The notes under the pieces are model-generated. The model did not search any database, was not told the DNA's origin, and saw nothing but the letters and a program-made list of their open reading frames with translations. Made by a program: the position numbers and the translations under genes. Of a stretch of DNA of 64,000 nt, positions 25,569 to 39,590 are shown one piece after another. The DNA comes from Lophium mytilinum (lineage: Eukaryota): contig MU004192.1 in the NCBI GenBank assembly GCA_010093605.1, positions 64,563-128,562 on the forward strand. Reading direction: 5' to 3'. The stretch's first letter is position 1; each line of letters opens with the position of its first letter.

Positions 25569-28500
25569 ATGCCAAAATCGTGTTCACCAACGGCGCGGGA
25601 GCGCGAAGTCTATCGGTGTGTGCGGAAGCCACTCCGAACCAGCCCTGGGGGCTTGAGGCTAACAAAATTACTTAGATATTATCAACCCTCAGACGATCCC
25701 GTTCCAACCGCGAAATCCTATCCAAGGACAGATGTCCCGCGATCATCAAGCGATCCAGTCTTGACAGCCTTCGCTCAGCTGGGTGCTCACAGACTAAGGG
25801 CCAAGCGTGGTCTCATCACGCTTTCTACGAGAGAAACCGAATACATTCTTGCGGAATCAGGAGTAGGCCTCGGTTTGCAGCAAGACGACGATAAAAACGA
25901 TCCACTATGGCACGGAACTGTTGCGCTTCATAACACTACCGGCCTTGGAATGAAACTTTGCCACCATTTCTGTAGTTCCAAGGAAGACCTCCCTTATGCT
26001 GCTTTCGATGATCTAAGGAATTATAAAGAGTTCAAGGACCAATATGTCGTGACCCACCCTCCGCACATCAGGTTTCTTACTTGCGTACCTCTTCGATCTT
26101 CGATATACAATGCGATCATTGGTACGTACATCGTGGTGGACGACAAACCACGTGATGGGTTGACCGAGGAGGAGGTTGAGTTCATGATTGATATGGGCGT
26201 GACGGTAATGGATTATCTCGATGCTCAACGCAACAATCGGAAACAACACCGTGCGGAAAGGATGGTCAAAGCAATTGGCCTTTTCATTGAGGGAAAGTCG
26301 ACTCTCCGGGAGTGGTGGTTGCAAGGCGGTCATAAGAGGGAGCAAACGAAGGTGACCAAACGAGCTCGCACTGGCACAACGACGCTGGATGTTCAGGCAG
26401 ACATCGAGTTTGGTGTCCAAGACCCCGTAGAACAGACTTTTACCCGAGGCATGGAGAGTCTTTCAGAGCATGATGGGAAACCACTTCTGTCACGATCACC
26501 CTCCTCATCTACCCTCTCGCACATCGAACGCAAGGGTGACGGACGACCTAAGATCCCCAATAGAGACAGCACGTACTCTGCATCAGACACTACGATTCCG
26601 TCTGCCGTATTCTCCCCAGCGCCCCAAGCAGCCTCCGTAACCACAGCCGACACAACTGAGGGCTCTACTACCGGTCACGTTAGACATACCTCGGTTGCTT
26701 TTGACATGCCCCAGGAAACCGCCGACGTGTCGAAGGAGCTTCAAGAAGCACTCCTGACGAAAGACTTGAAAGCAGTTTTTGCTCGGGCCAGTAACCTTAT
26801 TCGGGAAGCTGGCGGCGTGGATGGTTCCATATTCTTTGATGCTAGCGTGGGATCTTTCGGCGCTGCTTCTGAGAAGGACATCATGGGCCAGAAAGCTCCA
26901 GGTACTTTCCACGTTGATGAGACAATGACAACTAGTGACGATGATTTTGCACGCAAATCCTCGGACCAGGATACTCCTCCCAGGAATGCCAATGATGGTA
27001 GCCCGTCTGAGCAATGCTGCAATATCCTTGGTTTCAGCACCCGGAAACGTTCCAGTCTCAAGGGCCACTCGCCCCCCCCTGAGCATCATACCTTTCCGGA
27101 AAGAGTGCTGAGAACACTGCTAAAACGATATCCGCATGGGAAAGTTTTCAATTTCGATGAAGATGGGTCGTTCTCGTCCAGCGACACAGATAATGCGTAC
27201 ATCGGAGGCGAGGATGAAGACGGACCGCGCAAACACGTGAAATCTGAAGCAACGATTCGGCGGAAAAAGGTATCGCGAGAAGCAGAAGCGGCCGCGCTTT
27301 TGAAGGCACTCCCCGGAGCTCGCAGCATCTTTTGGTTCCCGCTCTGGGATCCAACCAGAGAACGGTGGTATGCAGGGTCACTCGTGTGGTCAACCGGTAC
27401 ACGAACTCTTTGTCCGATTGAGGACCTTGCCTACCTCGCTGCGTTTGGCAATAGCATCATGGCTGAGGTAGCCAGACTCGCCGCCCTGGTCCTCACTCAG
27501 ATGAAGACGGATTTTATTTCAAGTATTTCTCATGAGCTACGGTCCCCGCTCCATGGTGTTTTAGCCAGCGTGGAATTCCTCCAGGAAACCCCCCTGACGG
27601 AGGTGCAAGCAGATATGGTCAGCAATATCAATGCATCCGGCAGAGTGCTTTTAGACACAATCAACCACGTTCTCGATTTCTCAAAAGTTAACAAGAAGGT
27701 GAAAGGCAGGGGAAAAGTCTCAAAGAGAAGGACTGGAAAGAAGCAGAGACTTTCTTTTCAAGACCATGAGAACTTGGATAACACGGCAGAAGATAATGCG
27801 GATATGTGTATCCTATCGGAGGAGGTTGTGGAGAGTGTATGGGCTGGTCGAAATATGAGTAAACTTCTTTACCCAACGCCTGCTAGTCACCAAAGGTCAC
27901 GCCCGCAATCGATGATTGGCGCCCCCGAAACACCTGTAACCATCATCATGGATATTAGATGGCAGCCTAATTGGACTTTCGAGATGGATGCTGGCGCATG
28001 GAGAAGAATCTTGATGAATCTTTTTGGGAACTCGATGAAGTATACCAAGTCTGGATTCATCAAGGTGTCAATGGCCGTTGAAGAGAATACGAGTGTCAGA
28101 GGGAAGAAAGCACGTTCCATGCTGGTGCTCAAAGTCAAGGACTCTGGCAAAGGGATGTCCAGAGAGTATATGAAGCATCATCTATACAAACCATTTACTC
28201 AGGAGGACTCGTTGGCGGTGGGAGCTGGACTGGGTTTGAGTATTGTCCGGCATATCATCCAGGACCTCGGCGGAGAAATCAACTTCACCAGTGAGCAAGG
28301 AGTTGGAACAGAAGCAACAGTCAAGCTGCCTATGGTAGCTGGTCCGCCAACCAAGGATGACATATCGGACCTAGTCGCGGATGTGAAGGGATCGACAAAA
28401 GGAAAGAAATTCCACCTGGAAGGGTTCGACAGATATCCGGATATCTCAGAAACACCCACGGGTATTCTCTCCGCTGATTCCGAGGCCGCCATGTTTCTCA

Positions 28501-29511
28501 AGTCGTCGATTCACGTCATGTTGACCGAATGGTTTGAAATGGACTCATCCACCGCTTGCATCTCGGACAAGACTGCAGAAGTAGTGGTCATTATGGAATC
28601 TGGCATTCCTTCCTTGATGGAGAAGTTGCAATCATATGAGCCTGGTACAGGACCATCGATTGCTATAATTCTCTGTAGCGCATACCCCCCTACCGGAACA
28701 GCCACTGTCATTGGATCACTCCGGGTGTTTTATGTTCCTCAACCGTACGTTAAGCTGTATTGTTTCTAGCCTTCCTGCTAACATAATTTTAGTTACGGCC
28801 CTCACAAAATTGCGAAGACTCTTCACCATGCCTTCACACAGTCATTCCCCCCCGAACCCACCCAAGACACCACCGCTTTGCCTACAACTACACCCTCAAC
28901 TATTCCCGAACCGGGCACCCTTTCAACAGGAGCTGAATTTCACACACCTCAATACCACGGTTTCGCTACACCAAAACCACCACTATCCCCGCCGCATCCT
29001 GCTCAGATCGACCGCAGAACATCAATCGACACGTCTATTATGCAACCCACCGGGATGCGCATTCTCCTCGTCGAAGATAACGAGATCAATCTGAAACTGC
29101 TAGTAGCGTACATGCGAAAGCTGAAGTTAAACCACGCGACGGCGATCAACGGGCTCGAAGCACTAAACACGTATAAGGAAGCCAAGGGGGGTTTCGACGT
29201 CATATTCATGGGTATGTCTTTTCTTCCGTAACCCTACTTTCTCACGGAATATATCTGACCTCCGCATAGATATCTCAATGCCAATAATGGACGGCATAGA
29301 GTCGACGCGACACATCCGCCGCTTCGAGCGCGAGACATCCATTCAGCCGGTTGCGCTTATCGCGCTGACGGGTGCGGCAAATCCGAACACGAGGCAAGAG
29401 GCATTTAGCAGTGGGATTGACTTATTCTTGACGAAACCGGTGCCGATGAAGAATTTGAAGGTTATGCTTGACGATTTGAAGGTCAATGGACGGCAAGGGT
29501 TGATGGCTTAG
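25569..29511 (+). CDS. Hybrid sensor histidine kinase (GAF-like, HisKA, HATPase_c, receiver)
   Basis: ATG 25569, intron 25616-25675. DPVLTAFAQLGAHRL, H-box SHELRSPLHG, N-box RRILMNLFGNSMKYT, G1 VKDSGKGM, F-box PFTQE, G2 GAGLGLSIV, receiver ILLVEDNEIN...DVIFM/DISMP...FLTKPV. Confidence 0.95.
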
Positions 29512-29789
29512 CTGATGAAGGGAAGGAGAGTGACCAAATGAAATAAAGCACTATGCGAAATATCAAAATCTGCTTGCTGAACGTATCACGGCTGATTTCC
29601 GCTAATTCAAAGTATAGGGACAGGAGTGGAGTGTGTTCTTCGAGCTCATTAGGATTCTCAAAGGCAAAACTACGTTAATCAAGCTGTAACTCGTCTCGAC
29701 CAGCACTAAGAGTAAGAATGGAGATGCTGCAATGCTCTGAAAGCGGGTTACTACGGATAGCTTCATGCACTCGACATAGCAGATGATCG

Positions 29790-30488
29790 TCAGCTCCGTC
29801 CACTCCCCCTTCCAGCCCCAATCCCAAGCCCCACCAACGCTGCAGCAAGTGTTGTGAAACTATCAACCAATCCACCAATATTTCCACCAAACCCAGCTCC
29901 AGCATTGGTTGCTGCAGTGCTTCCAGTAGCAGCGACTCCCGCGCCGGCCGTGGTTGTCTTCGTTGCTCCCACCGCCCCGATCGAACCAGTCGCCATGCAG
30001 TACAAATTAGCATTGAGTTCCAGATTATCGATGCTCTAGGTTGCCGACGGACAGGCTTGCATCATGCAACTGATATGAGCAGTAATTAGACCAAGGTACA
30101 TCATGGTTGTACATGCCAGAGCTCCAAATGCCAAGCCGTCGATGGATCGGACAGACGAGAGACCGACGGCTGAAAAGATCCACAGGTTCTTCTCTTACCT
30201 AACACTTCCTTGCAACTGATCGCAAGCACAGCCAGAGGTTGCGGTGGACTTGGCGGAGTCGTGGCTTGAAGGATAAGCGGAGCTGACTGGATCCATGCAC
30301 GTCTGGTAACCTTGGTTGTATTGCCCAACGCAGGAGCTCCATTTCTGGGGGTCGTCGCCGTAGTAGACGTAGATGCTGTCTGACATTGTGTGCTCGCAGT
30401 TGTCGGCAGTCAGGGTGGTTTGGGCTTTGGCGAGTGAGAATGCGTGAAGGAGGAGTGGTACAACGGCCGGAAAATAGAGGCGAGGCAT
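29790..30488 (-). CDS. Small secreted Cys-rich, probably GPI-anchored cell-surface protein
   Basis: Signal peptide MPRLYFPAVVPLLLHAFSLAKA, multiple Cys across exons, Thr/Ala/Gly-rich linker, hydrophobic C-terminus (TNAGAGFG...LAAALVGLGIGAG). Confidence 0.7.
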
Positions 30489-31898
30489 CGTTCTGACGTA
30501 TGAAGACGATAGTCTGCGGAGGAGTGACGTGTGGATGTGAGTTGGGGGATGAGTGGTGAGAGGGAACAGGATGAGAGAATGATTACTGCTCCTCCTTCAT
30601 AGGAGTATTTATGTAGTAAGTAAACTCACCGAGGCCACATAGTTATACGAGCTTTGGATTGGGGCACACTTTACAGCTGCACGGAAGCTGAACCTGGAAA
30701 ATATGGGGAGAAACGACGATTGGTTATTCGGTTCAGTACGGAAACCCCAAGAAGATAAAACGAACTTTGAGCTGGAAAGCTGAATGTCTTGGATGCTTCG
30801 CGAAGGCTTGGTAGGCTTAATACCAAGAAATACTGACCGTACCATGCCTGATGTGGAGTGAGGGTTTGGACAGGAGGTAGTGCCCGGGGAAAAGTCGCTC
30901 CAGAAATCGTCGTCTGGGCCGATTGTATTCAGCCATCTCCAACAGCTGTTATTGTCAGTCTCGGTCCATTCGTCATGAGCTTTCCAATGAGTTCTGTCTC
31001 TTTATCGACTTAACAGCCTTCATTTTGACTCTTTTCTCTAAGAGCCCCGGAATCTATGAATCTTTGGGGTGCGCTCGCTCTGCCTCTCTGTTTGAGTTAG
31101 TCCAAAAGTAGCTTACTTTCCGTTGCAACTTTCTTTCAATCATTTTTAGCGCTCGGAATCCCGTAAATGTACCTCAGGCAATGGCAAGAGAGACTCCAAT
31201 CTAATGTCGTAAGGCTGTGTTGGTAGTGCAAAGATATTGGCGTTGGAGATTTGCGCGCCATTCGAGATCAAGATGCACGTGACAAAAGACTAACGTTAGA
31301 GGTAATTTTGATATAACATCACCACAATCGCCCACCTCTTCTTCTCTCATTCATCAGGCTCGGAGGCGCCCGTTTTAGGGTTGCCGTTTTCTTCCTCAAG
31401 GAATTGCCCACTCCTTTCGTTGAACCGAACTCCCCTACCCCCCTTCCCAACCTAAGTTCTTCATCCTCTTTCAGACTGTCAGAAACCCGAGTTGCCCTCA
31501 TCTAGCCCAGTCCAGCGATCGTAGGATCACACCCTCCTAAACCACGCTCCCTCTGCCGGGTCCTGGAGTTCATCTTCGTCAAGCCTAGTCCCACGCATTC
31601 CGTCCAATCAGCTAGTACATCCTCTACGCCGCTCGATACGAGGTAGCGAAGTATCATGATCTCTTTTCCCCGGCAGACTGGTCCGATTTCCATCGGGCTT
31701 CGATTCATGAAGGCGCTGCGGCCTACCTGCCGAGTTTTCGTCGTACAGAGTTTACCTGGATAGGCAGGTTTTGGCGTGATCATAGCTTGAACATAGAACG
31801 AGTTTTTGGTCTTAGCCTCCGCACATATGCTGAGACACCAATTCGTATTCACAGGGGCGTAAATTGTTGGGTTGTGACTCGAAATCCGATAATCCGCC

Positions 31899-33956
31899 TC
31901 AATCACTGAACCCAATAAACTCCTCCTCATCCTCCAGCTTGGTCTGTTTCCTGACCGTCTCAATCATCTTCCTTAACTCCGCCTCCTTTTCCCGCTCCTC
32001 GGGCCCTAGCTTACTCACCCTCTCCTTCTCTCTTTTCGTCTCCTTCTTTTCTCGTCTCACCTCCCTTAGCGCTTTCTGATCCTTCTTCTGCGTCCACGCC
32101 TTCTCCTCCCTATTCATCTTTCCCTTTCGCTTCTCCCGGACCACTATCTTGCCCTCCGCTCTCTCAGCTCTTCGTTGTTCCAATTCTTCTAGCCTTGCTG
32201 CTTCCCGCTTCTTGTCTTTGTAGGGGAACTCATCCATCTCGAACTCGACACCGAGGCTCTTGTCCCCTTCCCACTTCTTCAGCTCCGGCATCTTAGGCAG
32301 CTTTAGTAAACCCCATGCATGCCCCAATTCCTCCCATTGAAGATCCGCAACGCGAAAGATGCTGCTAGCGGTGTGCTTGCTATAGGCCTGCACCCAGCTG
32401 ACAAAGGCTCGGTTTTGCTTGTCCCAAATTGCGCGATCTCCTCTTACCAGATCCCGGATCTGTTGGGTCGTGGTCTCAGCGTCCACAACGGAAAATGAAA
32501 TGGCAGGCGTAAGGAGCGGGGAAATGGGCGTTTGGCGGACGTTGAGGAAGTCGATGTATTCTTCTTCCCTACCAGGGGTGAGAAAAGCGACGGAGAGACC
32601 ACGTCGTCCAGCACGGCCCGCGCGACCGGAGCGGTGGATAAAGGTTTTGGGATCTGATGGGGGGTCTATTTGCAGGACTAGGTCGACGGAGGGGATATCG
32701 AGGCCACGGGCGGCAACGTCGGTTGTTAGGAGGATGGACGCTGGTATGGTTATCAGCTTCGTGCTGCTATTAGCTTGGAGATTTCAACTTACGCATTATA
32801 GAGTCAACGAACTTGGTGAAGTTCTTGTGGCGTACTTGGGGCGGATGTTTTCCATGCATCGGCACGATGGTGAAATTCGGGAGGAGAGTGGGAAAGATGT
32901 GCTGGAAGTAGTCCACACCAGCACATGTTGAGAGATATACGATGGACTTCTGAGGGGTGCGAGGGAGATTATTGAGGACAGAAATGAGAGCGGGGATCTT
33001 GTGTCGTGGGGGAGTGACGAGGTAGGACATTTGCAAACTAGCCGGAGTACGTTTGTCCGCAGCCCCTGAAGCAGATTTTACCTTGACGGCAATACGGACG
33101 GGGTTTCGAAGTCCTACGCGCACAATTTGATCGACGGCTTCGCTGACGCTGGCGCTGAAGAGGCCAGTGCGGCGCTGTTTGGGCAGGCGTTGAAGGATCT
33201 TCTGGAGGTCGTCCTTGAAACCTAGGTCGAGAAGTCGGTCCGCTTCGTCGAGAACTAGCACCTCGAAAGAAGATTGCGGACAGTGGACATGAGGGCTCGA
33301 AAGAAGCTCGAGCAGACGGCCGGGCGTGGCAATGAGCAGATTTGGGGATCCTCTGAGGAAAGCGCTTAGGTCTTGCGCGGGAGTAGTACTGCCCCCCAGT
33401 AGCAGCTGGGGCACGACCTTGGGTGTTGATGCTGGAAATGTGGGCTTTTCGAGTTCGACCTCCATATCATCGTCATCTGGTGGTTTGATGAAAGCTGCAG
33501 ATGGGGCATGAAATGCTAGCAACGAGAGCAATACAGCGTGGATTTGAGTAGCCAGTTCTCTACAAAACGTCAGATATGAATCAGAAGAATTTAAAAACTC
33601 CCTACCTAGTTGGCGAGATAATAATCGCGCCCACGTGATGCTTTTTCAGGGACCCGGCACGAAGCAGGCGTTCGATGACCGGAATGAGAAACTGGACAAT
33701 ATATATTAGGGAAGGCATAATTTGAGATCAAATCGAGAGCACTCACAGCTAGAGTTTTACCACTGCCAGTTACTGCTTCGACGACTACATCTTTGTTGGC
33801 AAGAAATAGTGGGAGCGTGCTGGCTTGGACGGGGGTCATTTTGGAGAAGCCCATTGCGGAAATGGCCTCTAGAATCCATTGCAACAGAGACGGGGTGAGA
33901 GCTTCCCATGCCCTAGATGCGCCTTTGACAGGCTCTAGTTTCTGTTCTGGGGCCAT
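31899..33956 (-). CDS. SPB4: ATP-dependent DEAD-box rRNA helicase Spb4 (DDX55)
   Basis: Q motif [91 protein letters not shown], basic C-terminal tail. Confidence 0.95.
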
Positions 33957-34050
33957 TGGGCTGGATTTATGCGGGAGGGAGTCGAGGAAGTTGGAGATGG
34001 AAATTTTGGTATTGAAGATCCCTGTAGGAATTTATGGTCGAGACTGCTAG

Positions 34051-34265
34051 CACGTGATGTTAGAATGATCATTGACTTGGGCATCATCGACCCTTTCGTC
34101 TAGCATCAAGTTTACACTGACTTTGACTACGGGCACTGCGGCATCCCAGTAGATTTTACAGGCTGACTGCTTGATGCTTTGAAGTATCAAGCCATCAAAC
34201 TCGCACGTGATCTTGGAATAGCTCTTGCCGCAAGCACCACCGGCCTCTCTCACCAATAACACGTG
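34051..34265. promoter_or_regulatory. Three CACGTG E-boxes in the divergent SPB4/DGK1 promoter
   Basis: CACGTG at 34051, 34204 and 34260; a known bHLH (Cbf1/Pho4-type) site. Function is inferred. Confidence 0.4.
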
Positions 34266-34760
34266 TGAAGTAACCTTGTTAAGGCTACGAAGACATTCCT
34301 AGCTACCCAGCAGAGTTCGCCGGCCGATTATATGATTGCTCTGAAGTATCAGGTTCATCAATAATCGTAGCCAGGTGTGACGATTGCGCCAAGACGCACC
34401 AAACGTGCAACACCACAGGAACAGCGATCGTCTCCCTCTTTCGTCTATCCCATCTCTCCCCGGCTACTCCGCGTCGCCGTCTTCACTGTGGCCCAGCCTA
34501 CTTCTCCGCCAGACGATGCTGCGCGTCCGACACCTCAGCTCACTCTGGCCCCCGCGAGCCCTGTCCGCTTGACTGCACGTCCGCTGCGCGCTTCCGATGA
34601 ATCCGCCGTGATACTGGAACCATCGCCAGGCTTCGACTCGCCCGACACCACCCCACTCCTTTCGTATCTTTCAAATTTCTATTTTCGCGCGCACACAACT
34701 CTGACTGGCCTCATCCGGCCTTCTGCGCTTCCCTCTTTTCCCCTCTGCTGGCGACAGGCC

Positions 34761-35984
34761 ATGGCATCCTCGAAGCAGTACCAGATCCCGAGCACCCCGC
34801 GGGTAATATCTCCATCGCCCACCCCCTCCGAGGCCAGCGCCCGAGATGGATACTTTGGCCCAGTGACGCGCTCTGCGGCCCGCGCCAACCGTCGCGCACC
34901 ATCGCCACCTACAATAGACGAGGACAGCTCCAGCTCAGACCCGGAGAAGCGGGCGCGTACACGGAGCAGAAGTCCTTTACTCGACGGCAAGAAAAGCCGA
35001 TTGAGCGGAATGACAGCTATGAAGCCAGGCCTATCCGCAAGAGGTGCTGGGAAGAAGGCAACCTTGACCCTGCAGAACGGCATATCGAACGGCCACCTGT
35101 CACCGGCGGCAGCGAACAAGGACTACTGGCGTGAGATGAGTAGGAGTCCAAGTCCTCTAGGCCTCATTCCCATCCACCAGAAATGGCGGTCATTTGTGAG
35201 TCGAGCCCCTCTATGCCCTCGACCGACATAGTGCAGTCACTGATAAGCCCAGATCCACCGGCATGAGATCCCCCGCAAGATCCTCCACGTCTCCATCGGC
35301 TTCCTCACCACTTTCCTCTACTGTAGTGGGACGCAAACCTCGCAGATCCACCCAGTCCTTCTTACCCTTCTGGTCCCCATAGCTGCAACCGACTTCCTCC
35401 GCCACCGCTACCATCAAGTCAATCGCTTCTACATTCGGTGCCTGGGCGCCCTGATGCGCGAGTCCGAGGTGGACGGCTGGAATGGCGTTATATTTTACCT
35501 GCTGGGCGCATGGACTGTACTGCGTTTCTTTCCCAAAGATGTGGGAGTCATGGGTGTATTGCTCCTGAGCTGGTGTGACACGGCTGCATCCACTTTTGGC
35601 CGTCTTTGGGGCCACCGTACCTGGCGCGTTCGGAAAGGGAAGAGCCTTGCGGGCAGCATTGCGGCTTGCATCATGGGTGTCATCACTGCCGCCTTTTTCT
35701 GGGGTTGGCTGGCTCCGCTTATGCCGGCGGCATACGATGCCCCGCCTAATTCCTTTGCCTTCCAGGGCACTCTCACCCTTCCTTCCAAAGCAAGAGAGAT
35801 TCTTGGATTGTCTGCGTCGCAAAGCTCAATCGCCGGGCCTCTAGCTCTTGGCGTCATGAGCTTGTGGGCAGGCATCGCGGCCAGCGCGAGCGAGGCCATC
35901 GATTTGTTTGGATGGGATGACAACCTTACCATTCCAGTACTTTCAGCAGCGGGCCTCTGGGCTTTCTTGAAAGCCTTCGGGTAG
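34761..35984 (+). CDS. DGK1: CTP-dependent diacylglycerol kinase (cytidylyltransferase family)
   Basis: MASSKQYQIPSTPRVISPSPTPSE, intron about 35196-35252, HEIPRKILHVSIGF, LMRESEVDGWNGVIFYLLG, LLSWCDTAASTFGR, GKSLAGS, DDNLTIPV. Confidence 0.92.
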
Positions 35985-37030
35985 TCTAAAGCGTATGTGG
36001 ACTTGATACCTTCTGGTGTGCTTTTTTTTGTTGGTTATGCTTCGTTATATACACCCTTTTCGTTTTCCTTCAATCTGCATATTCCCCTGAGCGCAAATTT
36101 GACTCTACAGCTAGACTCTTCCCCTTGTTGATCTCTGTATTCCTTCAACTTTGTTCAGCTTACAGAGAACCTTTGCATTCCCACATTGCCCAAACCTTCC
36201 TACTTTCTATTTTATGACGGCGTATGGATGCATTTGGTGCGTGGGTGGGTTTAGAGAGCTCTTACCTCACTTCTTGCATGCTTAGATGGGACCTATCTCG
36301 AGTTCTGCGGACCGGAAAGGATGCTTGGGGTGGATGGCTTGACGGTGGGAGGAGAGAATGTGCGATGAGGGAAATCTGGATGTGTATGTATGAGTAGACA
36401 CGATGAACGTGTGGTCGTTATGCTATCTAATCATTTCACGATCGTATCCATTTCAGCGATTCTCATCATGCGTAACTCCGTATCTTCTGAGATTATACAG
36501 ACAGGGCTCTTGGCAATCCCGCTGATCACTTAGACCTATCTAAGTAAGGCTGGGCTCAAAGTCAGGCTGACAGGCGCCGACAGGCCCACATTTCAGCCCG
36601 ATAGCGGCGAGCTGATACGCTGGATCGCATATGCTTAGAACATTGTGCCAAAAGCCCCGTTTCTATAATCTCAGAAGATACGGTAGGCAAACGGCGACCA
36701 AAGGACGCCTCGGCAGCAATTCTTGGAGAGCCGAGTAGTATAACACCTTTTCATTCTCCCACCTTGCTGTTTGGCAAGCCCATCCCACTCTTATAGCCCC
36801 GATGTACTGGCAGAAACTGAGATATTCACGACTCATCCGGTCAATTCTGTAAACTCTGTCTGGGTGGCTGTTGACGTATCACTCCTCGCCCCAGCCACCA
36901 TCCACCTTATTGTAGGTTGAGAGTCAAGAGATGGGAGTTTAATTCGTGGTAGGATAGTGGATATAGTGGTTGTCCACGAGTATTTGTTATTGTTTGGTCT
37001 AAACACTGATCTATGCCGCAAGAATACCCC

Positions 37031-38717
37031 TCAAGCTGTAGGACTGAACTTTGACATCTTCCGGATTCTTTCACCATAGGCAAAGAAAAGAAAAGGCACA
37101 GGTACTAGGACCAGGCATAAAAACGCTAACAGACTAGTAGCCCAAGGCACACCGAGATTATGGAACCTGAGACAAGTGTTAGGAATATCTCTTACAGCAG
37201 CACCAGGCACACTTACATGGCAGACGCGAAAATTGGGAATCCAGCTCCTGCCAAGGAACGCAACGCCGTATTCGATACTAGGGCGGAGTTGGCGTACCAG
37301 AGGTAACAATCAATGATATAGTTCAAGCCTTGAAGAAAGATCATCATGAGGCCCATTCCTATAGGTATGCATGAGATTACTTGAGGCACCCAAGAAATGT
37401 GCGAGTTGCTGGTCCATGCAAACCAGAACAGTCCGGCAGGTAATAGTACTGCGCCAAGCATCATCGGGGGCAGACGTTCTTCTGGGATGACTGCGTTATG
37501 TTCCTTGAGCTTGCGAGCGAAGCGGGTCGTCGTGTTCCAGATAACAATGCAGACCCCAAGCAGGACGCCGATAAGGATGCCGAGGAATGGCAGAGATCCG
37601 ACGCCATTGTTCCAACCTCGCTCCTCTTGGAAGGAGATTGGGAATGCTTCGAAGAAGAGATAGAGGTAGCCGTAGACAAGGCCGATGTAGATGTTCATCA
37701 GGAGTAGGATAGGTTCTTGAAACATCATTACCAGCGGTCGAAGAAGCAAATTGTACGCCATGGTACGGCCTGTAATCCGTACCTCTTCCGCTTTGGCGTG
37801 GGCGGCCCAGTTGCCAGTCTCGTGGCGAATACGTCTAGCCTTGTGCTTCAATATGATGTGGTGGGCTGTCTCGGGAAGCACAAGAAGTGCGTAGAGGCCG
37901 AAAACACCGCTCAGAATGAGTGTGATCCATTGCGTCCAGCGCCAGCCGAGATGGGACTGCGTGATGAATCCTCCTATCACGGGACCTAGTGTCGGACCAC
38001 CGAATGTCGCGGCGAAAACAAAGCATACCGCGACACCCCTATGCACTGGCTCCCAAAAATCAGCCAGCGCGCCTCCGCCAATGGCTATAGTGGATGATCC
38101 AAAGACGCATCCGAAAAAGCGGCAGAGCATGATTGTATAGAGGTTCTGAGCTACAGCGACGGGGATCTGAAAAATGGCGAAAACAAAGAAGCCGAATAGG
38201 AGGGGGCCGCGGCGGCCGTAGTGTTCTGAAATAGGTCCCCAGATTATAGGCCCGATGGCGAAGCCCTGAACACTTGATTAGTTTTCGTGACTTCCACCCT
38301 TGTCGGTGTACTTACTAGAACGAATAGAGAGGTCCCGAGCGTTGAGACAACCGTGGAAACGCCATACTCTTGTGCGATGGGCTCGGTTGCGGTACTGAGT
38401 ATACTGGACGAGAACGTTACGCAAAAGTTCAGTCCGCCAAGGGCTATAGTTATGAGCGACCTCCTCATCATCGAGAAGTTCAAAGGATGCCTGGGGTCGG
38501 CGGCGTGATCCCAATCGACAACATTCACGTCTTTTTCTTGCCCATTTTCCTTCTCGTTCTCGGATTCATCTTGTCCTGTACCATCATTGCCATCTTCAGA
38601 CTTCGCTTCAATGTCGGCCAGCGAATTACGGTGAGATACCCGTTGCAAAGTCGGACGCTGGAAAGCGCGGTGGTCTTGCTCCCCAAAGCTGCTAGGTGGG
38701 TTTCCAGGACTAGCCAT
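37031..38717 (-). CDS. MFS drug:H+ antiporter (DHA1 family)
   Basis: VDWD...DPRHPLNF, GPISEHYGRR, GPVIGGFI...LGWRW, LPET, EPIL, PEERL, YIIDCY...ANSA; two introns. Confidence 0.93.
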
Positions 38718-39244
38718 GCTCTTTAAGTCAATGACTGCAAAGTATTGATTGTCAGAATGTACAGTTGATCATCAAGAAGCGAGACCTATTCTATATATAC
38801 CCAGTCACAGTCCCTAAAAGCTAGCTATCTTGCTAGCAGACATTTTCGGATATACAGACGCCACAGGGTAGCTGGGAATAGAGACTGCTGAAAAATGCCT
38901 GTCGATCCGAGTGGAAGCCATGAAGCTTGCTGCTTTTGGGTGCATTTCAGATTTTTCATGGGTATGCTAGCATCATTGAAGTGCTGAGCGAAGCTGTTTG
39001 TCATGTCCGGAGCTGCCAATCCGAAGAGCTTCATCCGATCCTCAATCGGCTGTGAGACGGTTGCCACCTGAACATGGCGGCGGCTGAAGAAAACAAAAGG
39101 ATGTCTTTTCTCATGTTTCAGACCTGCGGCGGCTACTTTATCTTAGAAACGTTTGAGTGCCAAGGGCCAGCTTCATATGACTATTTCGAAGAGGGTATCT
39201 GGAAGCATTGGGATAGAGTCTGTGCCTGGGAGTGGAGCTGATCC

Positions 39245-39319
39245 TCGGATATGTGTTTCGGATGTACAGGCTCGGATCTACGTCGGATCTATAATGTCGG
39301 ATCTACGTAGGTCGGATAT
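39245..39319 (+). promoter_or_regulatory. Array of six direct TCGGATNT motifs in the divergent MFS/Zn2Cys6 promoter
   Basis: TCGGAT at 39245, 39258, 39272, 39283, 39297 and 39312. CGG triplets are typical Zn2Cys6 half-sites. Confidence 0.55.
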
Positions 39320-39590
39320 GCAGTATGCGCGCCACATTGTGACTCTCGAAAACTCTTCCAAACGTCTCATTCTCAGCCCTCGGACGCGTAGTCCGCCCTA
39401 TTTTCCTCTTTCTGCTAGCCAGCAGTGAGATCCTGCCGATGTTAGTCGTCGTAACAACATAGCAACGGATACAACAGGGGTTGCAAATATGATGATTCAG
39501 CGTCGAACGAAAGGTGTGTGCGATCCCAGCAGTCTAGTCTTGGCAATGCTCTCACTCCATTCGAGACCTCATTAACATTTCTTTGCTGCA

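Noticed and set aside
34377..34760. Long N-terminal extension of DGK1 in the ORF track
   Set aside because: Begins at GTG; the family-like sequence starts at ATG 34761, so this is most likely 5' UTR.
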